A DNA stretch of 64,000 bases from Longimicrobiales bacterium (lineage in GTDB: Bacteria; Gemmatimonadota; Gemmatimonadetes; Longimicrobiales; Gaopeijiaceae): contig OZ242008.1 of NCBI GenBank assembly GCA_965204735.1, forward strand, positions 672,001 to 736,000, in the 5' to 3' direction. Shown piece after piece: positions 8,268 through 17,605 of the stretch. Below the pieces are notes generated by a model. It did no database searches, had not been told where the DNA came from, and worked only from the letters and a program-made list of their open reading frames with translations. Made by a program: the position numbers and the translations under genes. The first letter of the stretch is position 1; each line of letters begins with the position of its first letter.

Positions 8268-8998
8268 GCGGCTCTCCGGCGGGCGCATCGGGCGTCGGCG
8301 CTCGGGGCGGCTCCCACGCGGACGACCCCCGCGACGGAGCCCCGACCCCGGCGTCGGCCGAGCGGGAACGCGGCCTCAAGGCTCTCCGCCGGCCCGTCTA
8401 CGCAATCATCGAGCCCGTCGTCCGATGGCTGGTCCGCCGCGGGGTCCATCCGAACGCGATCTCGGTGGCAGGGTTCGTCGTCACGGTGGCCGGGGCGTGG
8501 CTCTACTCCCAGGACCACGTGCGCACCGCCGGCTTCTGCATCCTGCTGGGCGGACTGCTGGACATCTTCGACGGGCGCGTGGCGCGGGTGTCCGGCTTGG
8601 CCTCCAAGTTCGGAAGCTTCTTCGACTCGACCCTGGACCGGATCTCCGAGATCGCCATGTACCTGGGGCTCATGACGTTGTACAACAACTACGGCGCCGA
8701 GCTGACCGACCTGCGGATGATCTACGTGATCACCCTCGCCCTCGGCGGCTCCCTCATGGTCAGCTACACCCGGGCCAAGGCCGAGGCGCTGGGCTTCGAC
8801 TGCTCCGTGGGGCTCATGCAGCGGGCCGAGCGCATCGTCCTGCTGGGCCTCGGCTCCCTCGCCTTCGGCCTGGCATGGAGCGGCGCCGTGGTCAGCGGAA
8901 CAATCGTGGTCGTGGCGCTCCTCACCAACGCAACCGCCGTTCAGCGCATGGTCTGGGTGTACAAGCGCGGCTCCGGCGTCCCCCTCGAAAAGGACTAG
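8264..8998 (+). CDS. CDP-alcohol phosphatidyltransferase, phosphatidylinositol-phosphate synthase-like
   Basis: HPNAIS, DIFDGRVAR...GSFFDSTLDR signature, SLMVSYTRAKAE, GLMQRAER; directly upstream of inositol-3-P synthase. Confidence 0.9.
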   Translation: MSGSPAGASGVGARGGSHADDPRDGAPTPASAERERGLKALRRPVYAIIEPVVRWLVRRGVHPNAISVAGFVVTVAGAWLYSQDHVRTAGFCILLGGLLDIFDGRVARVSGLASKFGSFFDSTLDRISEIAMYLGLMTLYNNYGAELTDLRMIYVITLALGGSLMVSYTRAKAEALGFDCSVGLMQRAERIVLLGLGSLAFGLAWSGAVVSGTIVVVALLTNATAVQRMVWVYKRGSGVPLEKD

Positions 8999-9005
8999 AA
9001 CGTCC

Positions 9006-10325
9006 GTGGAACCCACTCCCAGCGTGGCCCCGCCCGAAGGACGCCTCGGGATCCTCCTGCCCGGACTGGGCGCCGTCGCCACCACCTTCGTCGCCGGCGT
9101 CGAGGCGGTCCGCCAAGGGCTCGCCCGCCCCATCGGCAGCCTGAGCCAGATGAACACGATCCGCCTGGGCAAGCGCACCGACGGGCGCACGCCGCTGATC
9201 CGCGAGCTGGTGCCGCTGGCGGAGCTGGACCAGCTGGCCTTCGGCGCGTGGGACCCGATCCCCGCCGACGCCTACGACAGCGCCGTGGAAGCGGGGGTGC
9301 TGGACCGCTCCCGGCACCTGGACCCGATACGGAAGCCCCTCGAGTCGGTCGCGCCCATGCCCGCCGTCTTCGACCCGGCGTACGTGAAGCGGCTGGACGG
9401 CCCCAACAAGAAGCGCGCCGCCGACAAGATGGAGCTGGCCGAAGCGCTCCGCGAGGACATCCGCCGCTTCCGCGCCGAGCACGAATGCGACCGGCTGGCG
9501 ATGATCTGGTGCGGCTCCACCGAGGTCTTCCTGCGTTCGGGGCCGGCCCACGCGACGCCGGAAGCCTTCGAGGACGCTCTGCGGACCAGCGACCCGGCGA
9601 TCGCGCCCAGCATGATCTACGCGTACGCGGCGGTCATGGAGGGCGTCCCCTACGCCAACGGCGCGCCCAACCTCTCCGCCGACGTGCCGGCGCTGGAGGA
9701 GCTTGCCCGCCGGCGGGGCGTCCCCATCGCAGGAAAGGACTTCAAGACCGGCCAGACCCTCATGAAGACGATCCTGGCGCCGGGGCTCAAGGCCCGAATG
9801 CTGGGCGTCTCCGGCTGGTTCAGCACCAACATCCTGGGCAACAGGGACGGCGCGGTCCTCGACGACCCCGACTCCTTCAAGACCAAGGAAGAGTCGAAGC
9901 TGGGCGTTCTGGACTACATCCTGCAACCGTCGATGTACCCGGAGCTCTACGGCGACATCTACCACAAGGTCCGGATCAACTACTACCCTCCCCGGGGCGA
10001 CGACAAGGAGGGCTGGGACAACCTGGACATCTTCGGATGGATGGGCTACCCGATGCAGATCAAGGTGGACTTCCTCTGTCGGGATTCGATCCTGGCGGCC
10101 CCGATCGTTCTGGACCTGGCGCTCTTCCTGGACTTGGCGGGCCGCGCCGGGCTGGGGGGGATCCAGGAGTGGCTCTCGTTCTACTTCAAGAGTCCCCACT
10201 GTCCCGAAGGACTCTATCCGGAACACGACCTCTTCATCCAGCACTGGAAGCTGAAGAACACCCTCCGGTGGCTGGCCGGCGAGGAGCAGATCACCCACCT
10301 CGGTCGAGAGTACTACGCCGAGTGA
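9006..10325 (+). CDS. ino1: Myo-inositol-1(3)-phosphate synthase
   Basis: GLGAVATT, WCGSTE, NGAPN, GKDFKTGQT, NILGNRDG, YYPPRGDDKEGWD, CRDSILAAP, WLSFYFKSP. Confidence 0.95.
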   Translation: MEPTPSVAPPEGRLGILLPGLGAVATTFVAGVEAVRQGLARPIGSLSQMNTIRLGKRTDGRTPLIRELVPLAELDQLAFGAWDPIPADAYDSAVEAGVLDRSRHLDPIRKPLESVAPMPAVFDPAYVKRLDGPNKKRAADKMELAEALREDIRRFRAEHECDRLAMIWCGSTEVFLRSGPAHATPEAFEDALRTSDPAIAPSMIYAYAAVMEGVPYANGAPNLSADVPALEELARRRGVPIAGKDFKTGQTLMKTILAPGLKARMLGVSGWFSTNILGNRDGAVLDDPDSFKTKEESKLGVLDYILQPSMYPELYGDIYHKVRINYYPPRGDDKEGWDNLDIFGWMGYPMQIKVDFLCRDSILAAPIVLDLALFLDLAGRAGLGGIQEWLSFYFKSPHCPEGLYPEHDLFIQHWKLKNTLRWLAGEEQITHLGREYYAE

Positions 10326-10331
10326 CCGGGG

Positions 10332-10439
10332 CGGGCCGCGGCGGGGCGGACCGGGCCGGGACGACCAGGGCCGCGGGGGAGCGGGCCGGGACGACCAGGG
10401 CCGCGACGGGGACGACCGGAACGGGCCGCGGCGGAGCGG
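10332..10439 (+). repeat. 30-bp-period duplication between ino1 and the tmk core
   Basis: cgggccgggacgaccagggccgcg at 10352 and 10382; cgggccgcggcgg at 10332 and 10422. Confidence 0.75.
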
Positions 10440-10441
10440 GC

Positions 10442-11122
10442 GTGAGCCGCGACGGCCCGACGGTCGCCGGCCGCGGTCGCTTTCTGGTCGTGGAGGGGGG
10501 CGAGGGCGCCGGCAAGACCACCCAGGCTCGGCGGCTGGCGGCCTTCCTTCGCGAGGGCGGTCTGCGGGTGGTGGAGACGAGGGAGCCGGGAGGCACCCAG
10601 GTCGGCGAAGGGGTCCGGGAGATCCTCCTGAGGAAGCGGACCGACGTTTCCCCCGCCTGCGAGCTGCTGCTGATCCTGGCGGCCAGGGCGGCGTTCGTGC
10701 GCGAAGTCGTGCAGCCGGCCCTGGCGTCGGGAACGTGGGTGGTGTCGGACCGCTTCGAGATGAGCACCTTCGCCTACCAGGGCTACGGGCGCGGAATCCC
10801 GACGCCGCGGATCGAGGCGATGAACCGCTTTGCCACCGACGGGCTGGCGCCGGACCTGTGCTTGGTCCTGGACCTCTCCCCGCAGGAGGGGATCGCCCGC
10901 CACGCCAAGGCGGGGAAGGCCCCGGACCGCTTCGAGTCCGGCGGGTCGGAGTTCCTTCGGCGGGTGGCGGAAGGCTACGCCGAGCTGTCGCGGACGAACA
11001 AGCGGGCCGTTCGCGTCCCTGCCGGCGGCGGAGTGGACGAGGTGGCGCGTCGCGTTCGGCGCGAGGTGGAGGCCCGGTTTCCCGAGGTTGCCGGCCTTCT
11101 CCAGGGCAAGTCGCAACAGTAG
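10442..11122 (+). CDS. tmk: dTMP kinase (alternative GTG start at 10322)
   Basis: FLVVEGGEGAGKTTQ, TREPGGT, VVSDRFEMSTFAYQGYGRG, PDLCLVLD. Confidence 0.95.
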   Translation: MSRDGPTVAGRGRFLVVEGGEGAGKTTQARRLAAFLREGGLRVVETREPGGTQVGEGVREILLRKRTDVSPACELLLILAARAAFVREVVQPALASGTWVVSDRFEMSTFAYQGYGRGIPTPRIEAMNRFATDGLAPDLCLVLDLSPQEGIARHAKAGKAPDRFESGGSEFLRRVAEGYAELSRTNKRAVRVPAGGGVDEVARRVRREVEARFPEVAGLLQGKSQQ

Positions 11123-11125
11123 ATT

Positions 11126-11226
11126 GACGCCCTCGCGCGCGGTGCGCAGACCGTCTTCCCCGACAGCGTGATCGTGGCCGGCGCTCGACGCCCCCGCGCG
11201 CGGTGCGCAGACGCCCTCGCGCACGG
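11126..11226 (+). repeat. Intergenic direct repeats, 26 bp at 61-bp period plus a partial third copy
   Basis: gacgccctcgcgcgcggtgcgcagac (11126), gacgcccccgcgcgcggtgcgcagac (11187), gacgccctcgcgcacgg (11210). Confidence 0.75.
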
Positions 11227-11259
11227 CCCCATGATCGGCGGGACGGCGACTGGAGACCC

Positions 11260-12963
11260 ATGCTGAACCGAAAGCTCGTGTTGGTTCCCGCCCTGGCGCT
11301 GGCGGTTGCGGCGGCCGGCGCGGGCGGATGGCTCCTCCAAAGGGAATCGGCCCGGAGGGCGGAGGAAGGTCTCTCTGCCCGGCTTCTCGACGAGGTGCTG
11401 GCTCGGGTCGGGCGCTTCTACGTCGAGGAAGTGGACCGGGACAGCCTGTACGAAGCGGCCATCGACGCCGTGGTGAAGCAGCTGGGCGACCACAACTCCC
11501 ACTTCCTTCCCGCTGCCGAGTGGGAGGAGGCGCGCATCCGCACCGAGGGCGACTACGGCGGGGTCGGGCTCGAGGTGGTGAACCGGGGTGGGTTCGTGAC
11601 GGTGGTGGCGCCGATTCCGCGCTCGCCGGCCGCCCGGGCCGGAATCCAGGCCGGGGACCGGATCGTGGAGGTGAACGGCGAGTCCGTCGAGGGATGGCTG
11701 ACGGAGTTGGCCGTCCGGATCCTGCGGGGCCGGCCCGGAAGAAAGGTCGAGATCGGCGTGCGCCGGAGGGGCGTCGAGGAGATCATCCGCTTCGAGGTGG
11801 AGCGGGCGGTGATCCAGGTCCCGTCGGTTCCCTTCGCCACGATGCTGGACGACGGCGTCGGATACGTGCCTCTCGAGGGCTTCAACGAGACCAGCACCGC
11901 TGAAGTCCGCTTCGCCGTCGATTCGCTGTCGCAGGAGGGCATGACTTCGCTGATCCTGGACTTGCGGGAGAACGTGGGCGGGCTCCTGGACCAGGGCGTG
12001 GGCGTCTCCGAGTTCTTCCTGGACCCCGGGATGGAGATCGTGACGATCAAGGGTCGGGAGCAGGCGCCCGAGACCTTCGTCGCCGAGTCGCGGCAAGAGT
12101 ATCCCGACTTGCCGCTGGTGGTGCTGGTGGACGACGGGAGCGCGTCGGCGGCGGAGATCGTGGCGGGCGCCCTGCAGGACCACGACCGGGGGCTTGTGCT
12201 GGGCGCGCCGACCTTCGGCAAGGGCTCGGTTCAGACCCTCTTTCGACTCAGCGCGGGGAACGTCCTGCGCCTGACGACGGCGCGGTGGTTCACTCCGGCC
12301 GGCCGGTCGATCCAGAAGGACCCCGCCCGGTCGGCGGAGCTGCGGGACGGGCCGGTGGGCTTCGACGGGGGCCTCGTGGAGCGGCCGGTGGAGTTGACGG
12401 AGAAGCCCCGCTTCTCGTCGGCAGGGGGGCGCGTGGTGTACGGGGGAGGCGGGATCGTGCCGGACTTGTGGGTCGTGCCCGACACCATGACGACGGAGGA
12501 GTACGAGGCAGTGCGACGGCTGCTCGGGGCCGGGGGCGACTTCTCCGCGGCGCTGGCCGTCTGGTCCCTGTCGTACGTTGCCGACCACCCCGAGCTGCAG
12601 CCGGGCTTCCGGATCGGCGAGGCCGACATTCGGGGCTTCCACTCGATGCTCGGCGACGGCGGCTCCGCTTCGGCGCTGGCCCTGGAAGACCTCTTGGCCG
12701 CGCAACGCTTCGTGGACTACTTCCTGGGCGCCGAGATCGCCCGGGACGTCTGGGGCGACCTGGGCGAGTTCCGGCGGGAGGCGGCCGCCGACCTGCCCCT
12801 GCAACGGGCGCTGGAGTTCCTTCGGACCGCCGACGCCCAGGAAGAGCTCTTCGCGCTGGCCGGATCGCCGTTCGGCGCGGCGGGAGAGCTTGCCGAGAAG
12901 CCGGCGACGGGGAGCGACGGGCCCGCAGGGGTCGGCGGGCTGCCGGGCGACGGGGTCCGCTGA
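11260..12963 (+). CDS. S41A carboxy-terminal processing protease (CtpA/Prc family)
   Basis: N-terminal anchor, PDZ (GDYGGVGLEV, SPAARAGIQAGDRI), LDLRENVGGLL, GSASAAEIVAGALQDHDR, TFGKGSVQ, GGGIVPD. Confidence 0.93.
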   Translation: MLNRKLVLVPALALAVAAAGAGGWLLQRESARRAEEGLSARLLDEVLARVGRFYVEEVDRDSLYEAAIDAVVKQLGDHNSHFLPAAEWEEARIRTEGDYGGVGLEVVNRGGFVTVVAPIPRSPAARAGIQAGDRIVEVNGESVEGWLTELAVRILRGRPGRKVEIGVRRRGVEEIIRFEVERAVIQVPSVPFATMLDDGVGYVPLEGFNETSTAEVRFAVDSLSQEGMTSLILDLRENVGGLLDQGVGVSEFFLDPGMEIVTIKGREQAPETFVAESRQEYPDLPLVVLVDDGSASAAEIVAGALQDHDRGLVLGAPTFGKGSVQTLFRLSAGNVLRLTTARWFTPAGRSIQKDPARSAELRDGPVGFDGGLVERPVELTEKPRFSSAGGRVVYGGGGIVPDLWVVPDTMTTEEYEAVRRLLGAGGDFSAALAVWSLSYVADHPELQPGFRIGEADIRGFHSMLGDGGSASALALEDLLAAQRFVDYFLGAEIARDVWGDLGEFRREAAADLPLQRALEFLRTADAQEELFALAGSPFGAAGELAEKPATGSDGPAGVGGLPGDGVR

Positions 12964-13006
12964 CCGACGGGCGCGTCCCAAGCGGACATGCAAGCGCCCA
13001 TGCCCC

Positions 13007-13034
13007 TTGGCGGGACCTTCCGGTCTGGTAGGAT
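13007..13034 (+). promoter_or_regulatory. Putative promoter for asparaginase II
   Basis: TTGGCG-N16-TAGGAT with extended TG. Confidence 0.35.
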
Positions 13035-13061
13035 TCGGGGTCCGCGCCGGGAAGGACGGGG

Positions 13062-14054
13062 GTGACCGGCAGGGCGCCCGCGCTTCGGGTCGTCGTGGAG
13101 CGAGGACGCGCGGTCGAGTCGCGTCACCGGGTCCACGCCGTGGTCGCCGAGGCGTCGGGGGCGCTCCTCCGCCAGTGGGGCGAAGCCGATCGGCTCGTCC
13201 TGCTTCGGTCGGCGGCGAAGCCCTTCCAGGCCCTCCCGATGATCGAGGACGGAGCAGCGGACCACTTCGGCCTCGCAGAGAAGGAGATCGCCCTGTGCTG
13301 CGGTTCCCACAACTCGGAAGCGCTTCACCTGGAAACGGCCCGCTCCATCTTGGCGAAGGCGGGGGTGGCGGAGTCGCGTCTGGCGTGCGGACCCCACCGG
13401 CCCCTCCTGCCGGTGCGGGCCCGGGAGCTGGCCGAGGCGGGCGTCCGCCTCTCGCCCGTGACGAGCAACTGCTCAGGCAAGCACGCGGGCATGCTGGCCC
13501 TGGCCGCCCATCACCGCTGGCCGCTGAACGGCTACGAGGGCCCGGACCATCCCGTGCAGCGGCGGATCGCCCGGACGATGGCCCAGTGGACGGCGACGGC
13601 TTCGGCGGGCGTGGAGTGGGAGGTGGACGGCTGCGGGGTTCCCGCCTTCGCAGCGCCCATGGGCGTCGCGGCCGCCGCGGCCGCCCGCCTGGCGGTGGCC
13701 TCTCGGGCGCCGGGGCCCGCCCAGCGAGTAGTGGCCGCCATGACGCGCCACCCGTTCATGGTGGCGGGCACGAAGCGGCTCTGCACCCGGCTCATGGAGG
13801 AGGAGCGCGGCAGGGTCTTTGCCAAGGTGGGAGCCGAGGGCGTCTACCTGGCGGGCGACGTGGAGCGCGGCCTGGGGGTGGCGTTGAAGGTGGAGGACGG
13901 CGCGTGGCGCGCCGCGCCGCCTGCTCTGATGGCGGTCCTGGACCGAGCCGGCATCCTCTCGCCCGCGGCGGCCGAGGTCCTGGCCGAGTTCGCGCGGCCG
14001 CCGGTGACCAACACCCTGGGCGACGAGGTGGGCCGCATCCGGGTCCTGCCCTAG
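13062..14054 (+). CDS. L-asparaginase II (class 3, Rhizobium AnsA-like)
   Basis: RGRAVESRH, RSAAKPFQA, CGSHNSE, NCSGKHAGML, DGCGVP, AKVGAEG, ALKVEDG. Confidence 0.9.
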   Translation: MTGRAPALRVVVERGRAVESRHRVHAVVAEASGALLRQWGEADRLVLLRSAAKPFQALPMIEDGAADHFGLAEKEIALCCGSHNSEALHLETARSILAKAGVAESRLACGPHRPLLPVRARELAEAGVRLSPVTSNCSGKHAGMLALAAHHRWPLNGYEGPDHPVQRRIARTMAQWTATASAGVEWEVDGCGVPAFAAPMGVAAAAAARLAVASRAPGPAQRVVAAMTRHPFMVAGTKRLCTRLMEEERGRVFAKVGAEGVYLAGDVERGLGVALKVEDGAWRAAPPALMAVLDRAGILSPAAAEVLAEFARPPVTNTLGDEVGRIRVLP

Positions 14055-14133
14055 TCGGCCGCGGCGTCGTCGGGCGGACCGCGTCCAGCCCCGACCCGGG
14101 CTCCCCGCGGGTCTAGGGGAGGGGTCGCGGCCG

Positions 14134-15147
14134 ATGTTCGTGGATTCCGCCGCCGTCCATCTCCGGGCAGGCGACGGGGGGGCGGGCGCCGAAGCGTTCC
14201 GGCGCGAGAAGGGGGTGCCCCGGGGCGGACCGTCGGGCGGGGACGGAGGGAAGGGGGGCGACGTGGCCCTGGTGGCCGACCAGGAGCTCTCCACCCTCTC
14301 CGACTTCCGCTACAAGCGGCACCACCATGCCGAACGGGGACGACACGGAGAAGGCTCGAACCGCACCGGAAGGAGCGGACGGGACCTGGAGCTCCGCGTT
14401 CCCCCCGGAACCGCGGTGATGGACGACGCCACCGACGAGCTCGTCGGCGAGTTGCTTCGGCCCGGCGAACGTCTGGTCGTCGCTCGCGGGGGGCGCGGAG
14501 GAAGGGGGAATGCCCGCTTCAAGTCCCCAGTTCGACGAGCCCCCCGGCGCTGGGAGCCCGGGGAGAAGGGCGAGGAGCGGATCGTCCGCTTGGAGCTCAA
14601 GCTGATGGCCGACGTGGGGCTGGTGGGCCAACCCAACGCCGGCAAGTCCACCCTTCTTTCCAGGATCAGCCGCGCGAGGCCCAGAATCGCGGACTACCCC
14701 TTCACGACGCTCGTGCCGCACCTGGGAGTGGTCGAGCTGCCGGGGTTCCGGTCCTTCGTCGTGGCGGACATCCCCGGAATCGTCGAGGGCGCCCACGCCG
14801 GCAAGGGGCTGGGTCACCGCTTCCTGCGCCACATCGAGCGGACCCGGCTTCTCGTCCTCATGCTCCCGGCCGACGGGGCCGACCCGCAAGCCGCGCTGGC
14901 GTCCCTTCGGGCGGAGCTGGACCAGTACTCGCACCGGCTGTCGGCGCTGCCCTTTGCCGTGGCGTTCTCCAAGGCCGACCTGCGCGCGCCCGGCGACCCG
15001 CCGCCCGAGGTGGACGCCCCCGGCGCCTGGGGAAGCTACGACGTGAGCGCGGCGACCGGGCAGGGCGTGAGCGGCTTGCTGGAAGGGTGCTGGCGGCATC
15101 TGCAGGCGGCGCGGCGGGAGTCGAAGCACGAGGAGGAGAGGTGGTAG
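14134..15147 (+). CDS. obgE: GTPase ObgE
   Basis: MFVD...FRREKGVPRGGPSGGDGG, LELKLMADVGLVGQPNAGKST, DYPFTT, DIPG. Confidence 0.97.
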   Translation: MFVDSAAVHLRAGDGGAGAEAFRREKGVPRGGPSGGDGGKGGDVALVADQELSTLSDFRYKRHHHAERGRHGEGSNRTGRSGRDLELRVPPGTAVMDDATDELVGELLRPGERLVVARGGRGGRGNARFKSPVRRAPRRWEPGEKGEERIVRLELKLMADVGLVGQPNAGKSTLLSRISRARPRIADYPFTTLVPHLGVVELPGFRSFVVADIPGIVEGAHAGKGLGHRFLRHIERTRLLVLMLPADGADPQAALASLRAELDQYSHRLSALPFAVAFSKADLRAPGDPPPEVDAPGAWGSYDVSAATGQGVSGLLEGCWRHLQAARRESKHEEERW

Positions 15148-16256
15148 CCGGCGGGGGCGGGGTTGCGGCGACCGACTCCCGGGCCGCGGAAGCCGCCGTC
15201 GACGCCCTCGTCCTTCAGGGCCTCCCGCACGTCGGTCCGAAGGGCTTTCGCGCCTTGGTGGACCGGTTCGGGAGCCCTGGTGCGGCCCTCGCCGCCGGTC
15301 GCGAGTTCGGCGCGGTCGCGGGAGAGAGGGCGGCGGCGTCGCGACGCAAGCTCTCGCCGGCGGACCGGCGGCGCGCACGGGCGCTGGCCGAACGGTGCGC
15401 CGGCGCGGGGATGCGCCTCCTGGTCTACGGCGCGCCGGAGTACCCCGCCAGGCTGGGCGACCTGCCGGACCCGCCCCCGGTCCTCTTCGCGATGGGCCGC
15501 CCGGAGCTGCTGGCGGGTCCTTGCGTCGCGGTCGTGGGCTCCCGCACGGCCACCGTGTACGGGCGGCGGGTGGCGCGGGCGCTGGGGGCGGCCCTCGCCT
15601 CTCGCGGCAAGTGCGTCGTGTCGGGCATGGCGATCGGGATCGACTCGGAGGCGCACTGGGGAGCGCTGCCCGGCGCCACGGCGGCGGTGCTGGGCTCGGG
15701 AGCGGACGTGGCCTCGCCGCCCCGCAACGCCGAGCTCTGCCGGAAGATCCGCCAGGCGGGCGTCGTGGCGTCCGAGTTTCCGCCGGGCGCCCGGGCCGAG
15801 CCCCACCACTTCCCGCGCCGCAACCGGATCATCGCCGCGCTGGCCACCGACGTGATCGTCGTGGAGGCGTCCCGCAAGAGCGGCGCCCTCATCACCGTCG
15901 ACCATGCCCTGGACCTGGGCCGAGAGGTCCACGCGGTGCCGGGTCCGATCGACCGGGCGACCAGCGCAGGAACGAACCGGCTGATCGCCGACGGCGCGGG
16001 CGTGATCCTGGACGCCGGCCTCGGAGACGAGTGGGCGCCCGAGGCCGCGGCGTTGGCCGGCGAACCCGACCTGCGCGCGGTCCTGGCCGCGGTTCCCGCG
16101 ACCCGGCCCGTCCCGGTCGAGGAGGTCGCGCGGGCCGTGGGGCTTCCCGAAGAGGACGTCGCGGCGTCGGTGGCGCTGTTGGAGCTGAGGGGGCTCCTCG
16201 TCCCGACCCGAGACGGACGGGTCATGCGCACCCCCGGACGCCGCGCGACGGCGTGA
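15141..16256 (+). CDS. dprA: DNA-processing protein DprA (start approximate)
   Basis: YPARLGDLPDPPPVLF, VAVVGSR, VSGMAIGIDSEAH, FPRRNRIIA, VVEASRKSGALIT, GTNRLI. Confidence 0.93.
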   Translation: MVAGGGGVAATDSRAAEAAVDALVLQGLPHVGPKGFRALVDRFGSPGAALAAGREFGAVAGERAAASRRKLSPADRRRARALAERCAGAGMRLLVYGAPEYPARLGDLPDPPPVLFAMGRPELLAGPCVAVVGSRTATVYGRRVARALGAALASRGKCVVSGMAIGIDSEAHWGALPGATAAVLGSGADVASPPRNAELCRKIRQAGVVASEFPPGARAEPHHFPRRNRIIAALATDVIVVEASRKSGALITVDHALDLGREVHAVPGPIDRATSAGTNRLIADGAGVILDAGLGDEWAPEAAALAGEPDLRAVLAAVPATRPVPVEEVARAVGLPEEDVAASVALLELRGLLVPTRDGRVMRTPGRRATA

Positions 16257-17458
16257 TCCGGCACGTCTACGTGCACGCGCCTTTCTGTGCGAGGCGCTGC
16301 GTCTACTGCGACTTCGCCGTGGCGGTCGAGAGGAAGCCCGCCACCGCACCGTGGCTGGCCGCGATCGGTCGCGAGTTCGAGACGCTGCGGGCGTCGGGCC
16401 AAGTCCCTGCAACGCCCGAGGTGGACACCCTCTACGTGGGCGGCGGGACGCCTTCGCTGCTGGACCCTCGTCTGCTGGGCCGCCTCCCGTCCGTGCTCGG
16501 GCTCCACGGGGCCGCCCGAGGCGCCGCGGCGGAGGGCTGGAGGACGGCCCCCTCGGTCTTGGAGTGGACCGCCGAGGCCAACCCCGAGTCGTTTACCGAC
16601 GCCGTGGCAAGGGAGTGGGCCGCGGCGGGGGTGAACCGCGTCTCCTTCGGGGTCCAGTCCTTCGACGCTGGGGCCCTCGCATGGATGGGCCGTCTCCATT
16701 CGTCCTCGGACGCGGCGGCCGCCGTGGGCCGGGCAAGGGCGGCGGGCGTTGCGAACGTCTCCATCGACCTGATCTTCGGGCTCCCGGACACCGTGTCGCG
16801 TTCGTGGAAGGCGGACCTGCGCCAAGCCCTCGACCTGGCGCCGCCCCACGTCTCCCTCTACGGCCTTTCGGTGGAGAAGGGCGCCCGCCTCTTCCGCAGC
16901 GTGGAGGCCGGCAGAACCCCTCGGCCGTCGTCGGCCCGCTACCGCGACGAGTACTTGGCCGCCGCCGAACACTTCGCCGCCGCGGGGTACGACCACTACG
17001 AGGTGTCCAACTTCGCCCTGCCGGGCTTCGCGTCCCGCCACAACCGCGCCTACTGGAGCGGCGCTTCCTACCTGGGGCTGGGCAACGGCGCCCACAGCTT
17101 CCACGACGGCCGCCGGTGGTGGAACGAGCGGGAGTGGGAGGCGTACAGGACTCGGGTGGCGCAGGACGGCCACGGCCGGGCAGGCGGCGAGCGCCTCTCT
17201 CCGGACCAGGCCCGCCTGGAGTCGATCTGGCTGGGGCTGCGGACGGCGAAGGGTCTGGACGTCGCCGCGCCGGCGGCGGGAGACGCGCACCTTCGCGACG
17301 CGATCGACCACGTGGTTCGCGGCTGGGAAGCCCGGGGAGCGGCGGTCCGCGACGGGACCACGGTCCGCCTGACGCCGACGGGTTGGCTGGCGCTGGACGA
17401 CCTGGCGGTGGAGCTGGACCTGGCTCGGGCTCGCCCTCGACGCCGGCCGACGCCGTGA
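16253..17458 (+). CDS. hemW: Radical SAM heme chaperone HemW
   Basis: HVYVHAPFCARRCVYCDF, YVGGGTPS, EANPES, GVQSF, YEVSNFA, HNRAYW; upstream of hrcA. Confidence 0.9.
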   Translation: MIRHVYVHAPFCARRCVYCDFAVAVERKPATAPWLAAIGREFETLRASGQVPATPEVDTLYVGGGTPSLLDPRLLGRLPSVLGLHGAARGAAAEGWRTAPSVLEWTAEANPESFTDAVAREWAAAGVNRVSFGVQSFDAGALAWMGRLHSSSDAAAAVGRARAAGVANVSIDLIFGLPDTVSRSWKADLRQALDLAPPHVSLYGLSVEKGARLFRSVEAGRTPRPSSARYRDEYLAAAEHFAAAGYDHYEVSNFALPGFASRHNRAYWSGASYLGLGNGAHSFHDGRRWWNEREWEAYRTRVAQDGHGRAGGERLSPDQARLESIWLGLRTAKGLDVAAPAAGDAHLRDAIDHVVRGWEARGAAVRDGTTVRLTPTGWLALDDLAVELDLARARPRRRPTP

Positions 17459-17509
17459 TCGCCCCGAACGACGACCTGGCGGTGGAGCTGGACCTGGCTC
17501 GGGCTCGCC
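17396..17509 (+). repeat. Perfect 40-bp direct repeat duplicating sequence near the hemW 3' end
   Basis: gacgacctggcggtggagctggacctggctcgggctcgcc at 17396-17435 and 17470-17509. Confidence 0.9.
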
Positions 17510-17605
17510 GTCGACCCCCCCTGCGGACTCGTCCACGCTCCCCAGGAGCCGTCGATGCTCCCGCGGACCCGTTGACGCTTCCCAGGACAAGGCGATTTTC
17601 TATGC

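Noticed and set aside
17520..17605. CIRCE element upstream of hrcA
   Set aside because: No TTAGCACTC-N9-GAGTGCTAA match here or before dnaJ; only a lone TTGACG
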